DNA of 64,000 bases, from contig JASANG010001649.1 in the NCBI GenBank assembly GCA_030248215.1, positions 372,001 to 436,000 of the forward strand, in the 5' to 3' direction. Position numbers and translations under genes: made by a program. The DNA is from Enoplolaimus lenunculus (Eukaryota). The notes under the pieces were generated by a model that was given only the letters and a program-made list of their open reading frames with translations, was not told the origin of the DNA and did not search any database. Positions 51,406-62,147 of this stretch are shown piece after piece (positions within the stretch are counted from its first letter, which is position 1; each line of letters begins with the position of its first letter).

Positions 51406-54400
51406 CTGAAATTAGAACGACCAAATCATATCAAAAGAATAGCTTTAACCACCTTTGTTTCAAATCGGAGTGGCGCGTCGAGAATTTAAAAATTGTCAAC
51501 GGCCGGAACGTCAAAATGACTAAAATATTGTTCAAGGTCTGCTTGTTGCGCTTTTCCTAAAATTGTGCGAGTACCTCTAAAATGTTGAGCTTGCTACGGG
51601 TCTGCATAAAACACAGAATAAGTTAAATAACTGGCGATGCGAAACAATGACATAAAAGGGTGACTGTTTTATAAATTGTCAATAGAACGCTCCTTCCATT
51701 TCAAGAATTGTTAGTTCAAATCCAGGATTAAATGATATATGAAATTGAATACTATTAACGAGGCGAAAAGACCAATAATATTAACCGTTTGCTTCAATAA
51801 AATTTAACCCTTCTCGCATGAATATTTTCTATTTCATCGAAAATCCTGATTACACCAATATGGAACGAACTCGTGCTTTCGGATAAGCGGCGGATGCAAT
51901 CATTGCTCGACTGACAGACTTCAACACTAGAGCTTAAGTGTTCTATTGCGTTTTTCGAAAATTTTGTACTGCGCATACGCGTAATAACTATTAAGCGCTG
52001 TGCATTGTGTATAATTTCACGTACACAGCTTGCGCTGAGTTGGCTCATGTAAAACACGTGTATATGGGAAATGGTTATGCTTATCCACGGTGACGATTGC
52101 AGGATCAGGCTAAACTGGACATTAATTTACAAAGTGATTGAAATTGGCGATAACTGAATACGGAACATTTAACGTGCGAGATTCGACTCTGAATTACTTG
52201 TGCAAAACCAACATTTTTTAGAAGGGTCTTTAACATATCAAATCAAACCACGCCTGTAGGCAGCTCAAAACAATATTTACAGGAACATGCGGTTGAAATA
52301 ACAAATTACATGCTGGGCTGAAACATTTCTAGGCGGAAAGCCAGCATTTTTACTAGGACGACTGAACGCCCTGATTCCGTTCCAGCTTACAATTCTAAAT
52401 CAAGCTTACCAATATTAGCAATAAACGTCTCTGGTGTCATCGACGGAAAATGTTTAATTTTCGTATATTCCATTTTTTCATAAAAATACTCAAAAATTAG
52501 TTCTGAGTTTCGAACGCGTAAATACTCAGAATGATTCATGTAATGATGCGAAATGTACGACGGATAGTCGGCGTAGCTCATTGTAGTGTCGTATTGCCAA
52601 TAATTGCACCGTTGTGGGCATTTGTCTTTGCAGTCCCGAGCAAATGTTGAATGCGGACCGAATACTTTACGCTCGAGCACGCGATATGCACAATTGAACA
52701 GATGTGAAGTGTTGCACGCGTCTAAATGCATGTTGCCTGCGTGTTTCGGAAGACCAATGTAACTGAAATAAAAAGCATATTTGCTTGTAGAAAGCTATGT
52801 TCTTCTAGAGTTTCTTCTACATTTAAAATTTACGGTTGAGCTTCAGGCTCTAAACCTAAGCCCGGAGAAAGTGTTCCTGATCCAAGCATAGTTGCGAATT
52901 CAGACGTGCGTGTGAGGTTTTAATGGAGAGTTGGTATAGTTCCTACCTGACAATTTTTCAACTTTGTATACATTAGTCGTAAAACGAACGTCCGCGTAGA
53001 CCTTCTCATGACTACTCTGTATGCCCGTTGCCAACTCACCTTTCTAGGAAGGGGGCTAAACATTTTTCAGGAGGGGCATACAAGAATTTTCGTTGACCTA
53101 CAAGCAAGGCTGAAAATAATCTGGGGGATTATTCAATGGGGCCTGAGCCCCCATGGCCCCCTTTTGGCTACGGGCACTCTGCTCTGATCAGTTCACATCC
53201 AAAGTTAAAATGCTGAAAAATCTGTTCTTCAAATGACTTATTTGAGGCGCTGCCAGAGTTTTTGACGGACTAATCAGTTATCTGACCTTACTCTATTAGC
53301 ACTTGTAAAAAATTTAACATTTGAATCATCGCCGCAAGCTTCATCCAACGCTGTATAACAAGTTTGCTTTTTTGACAAAAAATTTTTGGGTCTCAAAGGG
53401 GGGGCGGACATAAGCACCTTAAAAATCAGCTATTTCAAAAATACAAATATGGGCTTGAAATGATAAGAGGACGTCATGAGAAGCTCAAACATGCAAAATT
53501 TTCAAAATTGGACCATATTTGGGCAAACGCTGGCTAAGATGGATAACCAAATAGACCCATTTCTTGATCAAACTTACCGGCACCCGCAATCTTTTTCTAT
53601 GGGTTTGAGCAAACAATTTTGGTAGCAAATCAACGGTGCGTATGTATCTTCAGGGTCGTCAGGAATTTTATAGCATTGAAAGTGTGGCGGATTGTGCATG
53701 AATTCCATTTTTGTGCTTCTGAGCTGAAATTGGAAATGCATAAAGTTACAGCACTGTAAATAAATAGACTTCTGGCGCTGAATAATTAAAGTTAAAATAA
53801 CGCGATTAATGCTAGTACAGTTGACGTTTAGTTGCCTTACCAGCTTAACCAGATCACATTAGAATACGATATTTTATCACCGATTGAAACGAGAACGACG
53901 TTACCGCATTTGAAATTAGCTGAAACGGGACACTCCAGGCTTTCTTAAAATTTGGTTCATTCTGATTAACTTTTGCTCCTAATTGGTATTGTGCGAAATA
54001 TTAAAGCTGAATCGCCGCACATACTATTGTGGGCACCGTTCTAGCACAATCTATATATTAAAGCTGGAATACCCCACATACGTAGTTTGAGCGCCGTTCT
54101 AGCACAAGTAAGTGGAAACTCCAGCACTTTAGAAAAGTTGCCCATGGAGGGACCTAGTTTAAATTAAATTACAAAATTCAGTTTTGTTGTAAAATCACGT
54201 TTCATGTTATAGAAAATGACTTTTTATTAGAGCAAGCTTACTTGGAATAAGGCATGTACACCAGTAGGCACAAACGATGCGTCGAATTCGTAGCCTTTAC
54301 GCGGTTCAGTTAGTTTAATTAGTACACCGTCATTCATGAGCAAATTTTCACCGGAACTAAATTTATGAAGCGGCAGCTTGATTATAATCGTATGCCCGAG

Positions 54401-57286
54401 ACCGAATCCACTTCCGGTTTGAATGACACCGTGAAGACTGAAAAATAGAAATCTATATTGCTCCAGTTGACCGCCAAAGATTGCTAACATCAACAGCGCT
54501 TGTGTAACTTGTCACAAAGCCTCCTACGCAGGCCCGTAGCCAGCTCACCTTGATAGGGGGCTAGAAAGCGTTCAGGAGGAACATTTAAGGGTTTTCAATG
54601 AGTTACAAGCAATGTTGAAAATTTCCAAGAGTCGCCCAATATTTTCCTAGGGGCTGAGCCCCCATGCTCCCCTTTGGCTACGGGCCCGCTGCTACGAGGC
54701 TTACGATATGTCTGTAGAAAGTTTACTTCATGGTCGTCGACGCAAAATGAGCTCTTTCGGCTCATATTAAACATAAAAAATTTTCGGATTTACTCTACTC
54801 AAAATTTATTTGTTTTAAAATACATTTTTTAAATATAGTGACAAATATGCGTCGTGATCATATGTTGCATATGAGACAGTGAAAATAATCGTAACGTATT
54901 AAAGTAGCATCAACGCTTCAAAAAACGATTTGATTTAGGAACACGAAACGCCCCCTATCGCGCCCGAAGCTAGAGGGAGAATCAAGGGAGCTCTGCCCCC
55001 TGGAAGAATTTTGCCTTCATAGAAAATTTTCAACGTTGCTTGTAAGTCATTGAAAACCCCTGTATGCCCATCCTGAAAATTTTTTAGCCTCCCCCCATCC
55101 CAGCAAGGTGAAGTGGCTACAAGCCTGCCTCTTGTTAGCCTCACCAGAGTAGACCTAGGAGACGGGCATCAATGTTCGTCGAACAACTCACCGGTAGCAT
55201 TTTCCCAAACCGGTCAACATCGGTTTTGCATGCTTACAGCACGATTTTGTACGGTATTGTCGCATACAAAACGCTATAATATCTTCGCATCGAAACGATA
55301 TTTTATCAACTAATTGTTCAAACGATGTTACATTCAATGCGTCCAACAGCAGCGATTGTTGTCGTTCCATTTCTGCGTTTAACGACGCGTTTGATAGCAT
55401 TCCTTGAATGGTTTTACGTCGAAATTCGTATTTTCGACCTAAAATTGTGAAGAAGTGTACAAAATCCAGTCTATGTTATTATAGCTGGAACACCACACTG
55501 GCCACATATACGTATTTTGGGCAACTCTCCAGCATTACTTTGTTTTATTACAATTTTTTAGAACAGAAATGTAATTGTTTTGTGGAAAGAAAATTTGCAT
55601 GCAGATTGTTGTGGGTTGATGACTAATCATAATTATTAGCAGCCAGTCGCGTACGGAGGGACACGAATTCTCGAGAATCAGCAAGAAGAAAGCTAGTAAT
55701 GTATTACTTCTTAAAATAAAATTTTTTATCTCGAAACAGTGGTTGGCGACTAATACTGATTTGGCAGGTAAATGCTGCTGCCCCCAGGCCTCACCCTTTG
55801 GTACGCCCTCATTGGTACTCGTTTGTCAAAGATAGATTTACCTTCTAATTAGCCAAAGCTCAAGTGACGTATTTATTAAATCGACTAAACGAAGATATTA
55901 GAAAAAGTGCCTTATTTTTCACATCTCTCCTGGAATTTCGTTCATATATATGTCGTAGGCCAAATCGCTATTCAGGCGAAATCACTAATTAACGAAGACG
56001 ATTTGTAATTCATAGCAGCACTCCAGCCAACAGCAACGTGAAGGAATTGCTATCTACTGTATCTAGTCTAAACTGCTATTAACATAGAATAACAATGCTT
56101 CCAGGCGGCCTTGGGCAAGCCAATCACATTTTCTACTTAAGCACAGTGTGGTCATATACTCTGTAACCAGGAAGAAACATACAGGAACTGGAACCTCCGG
56201 TCGTATTATGTCTGCTAAACAGCAGATATTTACCGGATACAAAATGCATGTTGCATGTAAATGATGAAACACCGCTAACGTAATGTCTGCCTAAACCGCG
56301 TTTCGAAACTAAATGCACATATTTGAAAAGTGATTTTCATAACTTGCAGAACTTTGTATGTCGTACACCAAGCCACTATTCATGCCAATTACTAATAAGC
56401 TAATGCCAGTTTCACAATCTAAGCCCGTATTCTCAAATGTGTGTAGCACCTATCACCAGTTGGCGATAGGTTATGTAACTTTGGTACCAGCGATTAGTGA
56501 GGTTCGAAATTCAATTGCAGCACGTCGTCAGTTTGAAAACATATCGCTAACTGATGATAGGTGCTATACGCATTTGAGAAATATATATTATATATACATA
56601 GGTATAAACACATATATACATTTATATATGTATATATGTATACGTATAATCATATATATATAATACATACTGAGTAAAGATAAAAGGCAACGTTACCTGA
56701 TACAAAAAACGCATGCTCCATATACGTAATCAAACTATCGCTAACGTTATATTTGTCTAAAATTTGTTTATTAAATCGACTAAACGGACATATAGTAACA
56801 TCGGGCAACTCCAGCGTATCGGCACCTTCGATAACGTAAGAAGTTGACACAGGTGTTGTTAAAAATTGATCCAAAATTTGCCAAACGCCGTACCACGCAG
56901 CGCAAAATGCGCCCAAAAACATTACACCACAAAATATTCGTTCCGCTTTTGAAGGCGGGTTTACCACTTCATTCAATCCGTGAATCGTAGATTCGCGACA
57001 GTATTTTTTAAGTTGGGTTGTTACCATTTTCCCACGCTCTGTCTGGCGATGTTTACTGCTAGACAGGTTGGTGTTGTCGCGCTGGTATGGAGATGAGTCA
57101 CCGAATGTTTCGGGGACGAGATCGAATTGAACGTTGCTGTTGCTTTTATTATTATTATTATTATTGTTATTATTATTACTATTGTTATTGTTGTTTCGCT
57201 TTTTATTTCGCGACCGTGATGATAGCCCGGGGGATGATGATGATTGCGATAGTAGTGTATGGCATACTGAGGCATAGTTTTCAACG
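49538..57286 (-). CDS. DEG/ENaC (amiloride-sensitive sodium channel / degenerin / ASIC family) subunit; spliced gene, join(57286-56697,55438-55192,54437-54242,53723-53578,52762-52410,51405-49538); 5' end unresolved
   Basis: The spliced translation shows the family motifs in order: pre-TM1 STIHG, hydrophobic TM1, LPDVTICP (FPxVTxC-like), GKCY, QTGSGFGLG, a Cys-rich thumb (CYQNC..CGC..C..C..CKDKCPQRC), and TM2 FIANIGGQMGLWIGMS. All five introns are GT-AG with matching phases (1,2,0,2,1). Confidence 0.95.
52410..52762 (-). CDS. DEG/ENaC exon: thumb, knuckle and pre-TM2
   Basis: Acceptor ttttatttcag|T and donor ATTG|gtaagc; encodes YIGLPKHAGNMHLDAC...CKDKCPQRCNYWQY...FIANI(G). Confidence 0.94.
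53020..53178. mobile_element. Intronic hAT-like MITE, CAGGCCCGTAGCC family
   Basis: TSD CTACTCTG/CTGCTCTG (7/8); GCCCGTTGCC...GGCTACGGGC TIR. Confidence 0.82.
53578..53723 (-). CDS. DEG/ENaC exon: start of Cys-rich thumb (not in the ORF track)
   Basis: Acceptor ccaatttcag|CTC and donor TGCCG|gtaagt; encodes LRSTKMEFMHNPPHFQCYKIPDDPEDTYAPLICYQNCLLKPIEKDCGC(R). Confidence 0.93.
54242..54437 (-). CDS. DEG/ENaC exon: beta-ball/palm region
   Basis: Acceptor tatttttcag|T and donor CAA|gtaagc; encodes LHGVIQTGSGFGLG...NDGVLI...FVPTGVHALFQ. Confidence 0.93.
54529..54688. mobile_element. Intronic hAT-like MITE, CAGGCCCGTAGCC family
   Basis: TIR CAGGCCCGTAGCCA...TGGCTACGGGCCCG; TSD CTCCTACG/CTGCTACG (7/8). 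Confidence 0.88.
54959..55127. mobile_element. Intronic hAT-like MITE, CAGGCCCGTAGCC family, opposite orientation to 54529-54688
   Basis: The internal sequence (TTTTCAACGTTGCTTGTAAGTCATTGAAAACCC) is the approximate reverse complement of the 54529 copy; TIR ends GGCTACAAGCCTG. Confidence 0.8.
55192..55438 (-). CDS. DEG/ENaC exon: finger/palm region
   Basis: Acceptor caattttag|GT and donor TACCG|gtgagt; encodes (G)RKYEFRRKTIQGMLSN...CEDIIAFC...SCC...GLGKCY(R). Confidence 0.93.
56421..56584. mobile_element. Intronic fold-back MITE (internally deleted), followed by an (AT)-rich microsatellite to ~56670
   Basis: GCCCGTATTCTCAAATGTGTGTAGCACCTATCA...TGATAGGTGCTATACGCATTTGAGAA. Confidence 0.8.
56697..57286 (-). 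CDS. DEG/ENaC exon: N-terminal cytoplasmic region (poly-Asn), HG motif, TM1, start of ectodomain
   Basis: Acceptor tttttttatttcag|C at 57287/57286 and donor TCAG|gtaacg at 56697/56696. The frame is open from 57285 (VENYAS...NNNN...ERGK) into MVTTQLKKYCRESTIHG...LPDVTICP...AFFVS. Confidence 0.9.
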
Positions 57287-57482
57287 CTGAAATAAAAAAA
57301 TTATCGGTTTTATGCGACGTATGGTCTTTACATTACTGAATTTAACTCTTTCCACGTCGAGTATACTATAAGCAACTCAGCGCAGCGTAAAGTGTGCACG
57401 CGAATAATACACAATGCGCAATGCTTTATACGAAACAATAAAATTACTAGTATGTCCAGAGTTAAATTTAACAAACTTATTT

Positions 57483-57661
57483 AGGGTTCCGCTATACTTT
57501 ACTGAGCTGGACACCGGCGCACGCCGCTGCACGGCTACGGGCGGTAATTTTGAATAAAAAAAATTTTACAGCGCAGCGCACCAACGCCGCAAAATTTGTA
57601 CCGTGCCGCGCGCCGGCGGGCGGCGGCGTCCGGCGGCGTGCGGCGAGTATAGCGCAACCCT
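57483..57661. mobile_element. GC-rich fold-back MITE
   Basis: tt-AGGGTTCCGCTATACT...AGTATAGCGCAACCCT-aa; same family as 34716-34901. Confidence 0.78.
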
Positions 57662-57889
57662 AAGTTGTTGAAAATTACCGATAACTCGGTAATTTTTGCA
57701 CTTAGGACATCTAGAGAGCCATCATTTCATTTGGAGCGGTGTATGTAATGGTAACCATTTTCACAATATTAATGGCGAAGAAATTTTCGATTGAGGGTTC
57801 CTTAAAGAAAAATCTTAAAAAAGCTATCTTTTTCGACGGATTTGTTCGAAATATGTGCAAAATACTTGAAAATTTTTTTGCTCTACGAC

Positions 57890-58064
57890 CAGTGGCGGAT
57901 CCAAGATCTCAAAATGGGGGGGTGGGCAAAATTTCACAGGCAATAAAGTTACTTTTGACCCATACACAAACCACGAACTGTTGTCACAAAATTGCTATAT
58001 AATTTTTGTCGAGATGCTGTTGGAGGGCCACGGCCGGGGTGGGCCCCCCATGGATCCGCCATTG
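57890..58064 (+). mobile_element. hAT-like MITE, TSD TCTACGAC
   Basis: TIR CAGTGGCGGATCCA...TGGATCCGCCATTG; perfect 8-bp TSD at 57882-57889 and 58065-58072. Confidence 0.92.
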
Positions 58065-58386
58065 TCTACGACCAAAATCGATCGAAATATGTCTGGCGTT
58101 CGCATATAACTGAACAGAGCGTATTTTTTTCTATCAACGTCACTGTTTACCTACCGGCGGCACTATTAATAAATAATTAAATCGTCTGTATTTATATCCG
58201 TAAATAGTAATATTTGTTGTACCAATGATTTCATTTATACACCCTCTCACTATAAAGCGAACGATACGCTCCAATATTTCATTTGAATTAACAGCTGAAC
58301 ACCTGGCGCATGTACAACATTCTCAAGTCTCAATAGTTTTTTTCGATGCCAAACGACGACGTATGTCCAAGTCTACTTTTTACAAT

Positions 58387-58542
58387 CAGACCAGCAGCCA
58401 ACTCAACTTGCTAAAGAGGGCAGAAAAATTTTCAGAAGGGGTATGCAAGGGTTTTCGATGATTTACAAGCAAAGTTGAAAAATATTCTGGGGGGGCAGAA
58501 TTTTTCCAAGGGGGCTGAGTCCCCGCTTTGGTTACGGGCCCG
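58387..58542. mobile_element. hAT-like MITE, CAGGCCCGTAGCC family (degraded)
   Basis: Internal AGGGTTTTCGATGATTTACAAGCAAAGTTGAAAA and right end GGTTACGGGCCCG match the family; no clear TSD. Confidence 0.7.
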
Positions 58543-58869
58543 GCAACAAAGAACTCAGACAACTTTTAGCGAGCCCAACATGTTAAAGGGGTCCAAAATA
58601 TTTATAGGCAAGGGACCTGTCGCATAATTTTTAGGCGAAACTAAACTTTTAAAGGAAGGAGCAAAACTTTTCTAATGTGCTGGAAACTCTGCCCTCGCCC
58701 TAGATTAGTACTTGAGTATAGAATAAGGTATAAAAAGTAGGCGTCTCGCCATAGTAGTTACCGGGAGCCTACGTTGATATTATGTGTCAGAATAGTCATA
58801 CTGCGTAAGGCTTTGAAAGAAAATTTTTTAAAGACATCTTGTGATAGTTGAGCTATTGCTAGCAACATA

Positions 58870-59312
58870 CTGTAGTCTCCCGAATAAGAAGGGTACTAAG
58901 ATGAGGGTCCCCATTTTGAGTCCCAATCGATAGGAGTCCGTATCCCTAATAAGAGTCCGTAAGCGTATAGAGTCCCTAAACCCTAATTAGAGTCCATAAA
59001 GGTCAATTATTCCTAATTGTAGCGCATAAATGACTAGAGAACAAAATAAACTTAAGTTCGAAACTTGAAAGCGTACTTAAGTTTTGAAAGTAACATTCCA
59101 AAGTATAACTTTGCATTATCGCTCAGCTTTTGATGCAAGGCAAAAAACGTTTAATTCAACGAATAGTTGCAATACCGGATATATATCAGTAAGGAAGGGT
59201 GGCGGAGGGATGCTTGAAAATAAATAATAGTCCGTAACCGATTAACAAGGGGGTACCCTCTGGAGAGGCCAAATAAAAATATCAGTCGCCCCCTCTTATC
59301 GGGTCACTACAG
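58870..59312 (+). mobile_element. TA-flanked TIR element (CTGTAG...CTACAG ends)
   Basis: ta-CTGTAGTCTCCCGAATAAGAAGGG ... CCCCTCTTATCGGGTCACTACAG-ta; homologous fragments at ~24712-24850 and ~60930-61095 (inverted). Confidence 0.8.
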
Positions 59313-60090
59313 TAATGAAGACTTTGAAAGAAAATTTTTTAAAGATGTGTCGTGATAGTTGTGCTATTGCAAGCAGCATGGTGTCGAATCACGTTAAATA
59401 CTTAAACAAACGACTGCTAATTGTATATGATTACAATATCCTCCAAACGAAATTGGCAAGAGCCAGAAACAAATGGTCGAGCTTAAAATTGGGCTCTGCT
59501 CATTATTTCTTTCAGCGATATAGCCAGGATTTAATTGCGCAAGAACCTCAACTAAAGAAAGCAGCTTGTGATAAAGTTTGATCTCTTTAAATTGCCAAAC
59601 AGGTAAAACATGTATTGGTTCTCGTTCATTAAGTCATTTTAAAAGGTATTCTTCAAACGTCCGTAAATGCCACAAAGCTTAACTAATGATGTTAGGCAGT
59701 TTCTGGCTCTTGTGTACTTTGCCCAATATTTTAGGCTAAGGCTTAGGCTAAGGCAAACGCCAAAAGCGCAGGCATAGGTAAACCGTTTCCAAAACCACAC
59801 CTAATCCTAAGCCAGAGCCTAAGCCTACATATAGGGGAAACATAAAAGAGCCTTATTATATATAGTTATATATAATATTATCTATATATACATATACACA
59901 TATATATGTATATATATATCATAACATTTAAGCAATCGTCATGCTTTTGCTAGTTCCCCTTGTTTCATATTTACATTCTCCAGTTTTCATGTATCGCCAA
60001 CGTTAAAAGCATTTTAGTTTGACTCGTAAAGTGGAAAAATCACACATACGTTCATTTTGACAGAGTAAATCAACATAAACCAAGGTTTTA

Positions 60091-60263
60091 CATTGGCTGG
60101 TTTACAAGGAAGCAATCAGCCATAGACCCCCGCAACAGGAACCAGAACCAAAATTTTGTGTCAAGGCGTAGCGACTAAAATTGCGTTCGGCTTCACGCTC
60201 GCTTTGCTCGTAAGCTTTCTTCGCATGTCGCACCCTTTTCACGAAAATCTGGAAGCGCCATTG
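60091..60263. mobile_element. hAT-like MITE, TSD AGGTTTTA
   Basis: Perfect 8-bp TSD at 60083-60090 and 60264-60271; CATTGGC...GCCATTG ends. Confidence 0.8.
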
Positions 60264-60788
60264 AGGTTTTATATAACGTATCTTCAAACTCACGCACTGT
60301 CTTTGGATTTTGAAAATAATGCAGATCGCAAATAAAGCTTACGAAAAAGCTGTCTGGCAAAATAGAGCAGCAGTTAGCTCGACACGCTACATGGAGATCT
60401 TAACTTAGCAAAATGGGCATACAGGGATTTCATATGGCTGACATATACAATCTGGGCTAAAAAATTTCAGGCGCTATGACCCGTTTCTGGCTACGGGACT
60501 CGTGGCAAAAGCTGTACAGCGCCGGTAAAACAACTATACCGCCATAATTTATAATTTTCCCTTTAGCATAGTCAAAACCAATCTTTGTATAGTCTCTGAC
60601 AGTATTTGGGAACTCTTAGCTTAAGGGCGTTTTCGCTACTCCGTTAAGTGCTTAAGTGGCTCGTTTTGTCCATTAATATATATTTTTATTATTTCTCTCA
60701 CGATGAGACAGAATGTATTGTTTTGTCTCAAAAATCAGTTTGGATTTATGATTACGATAATAAAACATAGGCGCTGACAGGATATGTG

Positions 60789-61168
60789 CATGGCGGATCC
60801 ACGGGGGGGCCCACCCCGGCCGTACCCCCCCAATAGCATCTCGACAAAAATTATATAGTGTCAATTGCTGTTCTACGCTGTTTATTTCTCTGTTTTATAC
60901 ACAATAGTTTAAGCACGCTTTAAAGTTTCTTGGCCCTGGAGTCATTTATGCGCTACAATTAGGGATAATAGACATTTATGGACTCTAAACTAGGGTTTAT
61001 AAGGACTCTACCCGCTTACGGATTCTTATTAGGGATACGGACTCCTATCAATTGGGACTCAAAATGGGGACCCCCTCTTATTTGGGTCAGTACAGTATGG
61101 GTCAAAAATAAGTTTCTTACCTGTGAATTTTGCCCCCCCCCCATTTTGAGATCCTGGATCCGCCACTG
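60789..61168 (-). mobile_element. Inverted copy of the 57890 hAT-like MITE, TSD GATATGTG, interrupted by a TA-flanked element
   Basis: TIR CATGGCGGATCCA...TGGATCCGCCACTG; perfect TSD at 60781-60788 and 61169-61176; the insert ends TACAG|TA at 61095. Confidence 0.9.
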
Positions 61169-61270
61169 GATATGTGCACTCTCATTGCTCTAAGCTTTTT
61201 GTATAGGTAGGTATATAAACTAAGTATAATGCTTAATGGTGTCAAAATGTCATCCTGTTTAAACGTTTTA

Positions 61271-61675
61271 CACTGTAAATTCCAATAGTTGTCAGAGAAA
61301 ATTAATTATTCCTAGGCGTTTCTGAGTTAGGTCTTTCTGAACTCGGAATTTTGAACTGAATGCACTTATTCTGGGTTAATTTATTAACTCACCCGGAATT
61401 AAATCAACTCAAAATGAGTCAAATATTTACTGTTATTAACTTGGAAACGGCCAGAAAAATAACTAATTATCTATAACACTAGACATTTAACATAGTCTGA
61501 GTTGAGTTGTTTTGCACTGTGGCTTGAGTTGATTACGGGCTAGTCGATTAATTAACTCAGAATGAATTGAATCGATTCAGAAAACTGACGTCTGATAGTA
61601 TACATTTTTAGAACTCACAGCTCTGGGTGGATTAAACTCATTCTCAGTAAAATCAACTCGCTGAAATTTACAAGA
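61271..61675. mobile_element. CACTGTAA-type TIR element, same family as 493-730
   Basis: ta-CACTGTAAATTCCAAT start; AACTCATTCT..AAATCAACTCGCTGAAATTTACA end; many GAGTT/AACTC motifs. Confidence 0.7.
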
Positions 61676-61820
61676 ATTTAGCTAAGTTATGTATGTCTAG
61701 TTGGTGATACGCTTTATGAACAACTGCAGCACAGCATATTATTGACTGAAACATTGTGAACAAACCAACAAACGTATACAGAAGTTAAACCAGAAAAGAC
61801 AATTTGAAAATGTCGAGGAT

Positions 61821-62147
61821 TGTTAAAAAATATGGCTTGTAAGCAAGGTTAAAAAATATGGCTTGCAAGCAAGGTTAAAAAATATGGCTTGCAAGCAAGG
61901 TTAAAAAATATGGCTTGCAAGCAAGGTTAAAAAATATGGCTTGCAAGCAAGGTTAAAAAATATGGCTTGCAAGCAAGGTTAAAAAATATGGCTTGCAAGC
62001 AAAAAAAAAAAAAAAGGTTAAAAAATATGGCTTGCAAGCAAGGTTAAAAAATATGGCTTGCAAGCAAGGTTAAAAAATATGGCTTGCAAGCAAGGTTAAA
62101 AAATATGGCTTGCAAGCAAGGTTAAAAAATATGGCTTGCAAGCAAGG
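61821..62147. repeat. 26-bp minisatellite, 12 copies
   Basis: GGTTAAAAAATATGGCTTGCAAGCAA repeated 12 times, near-identical, with a 15-A run at 62001-62015. Confidence 0.97.

Noticed and set aside
49627..51409. Short antisense and alternative-frame ORFs overlapping the terminal exon
   Set aside because: Shadows of the real coding sequence with no independent support.
51406..51424. ORF-track start MVVLIS of the 628-aa ORF
   Set aside because: Intronic; the TTTCAG acceptor at 51406 joins ANIG to GQMGLW.
57087..57290. Plus-strand poly-Tyr/Cys ORF
   Set aside because: Antisense reading of the AAT/AAC repeat that encodes poly-Asn.
61821..62147. CRISPR-like repeat
   Set aside because: Head-to-tail tandem units without spacers; a minisatellite.
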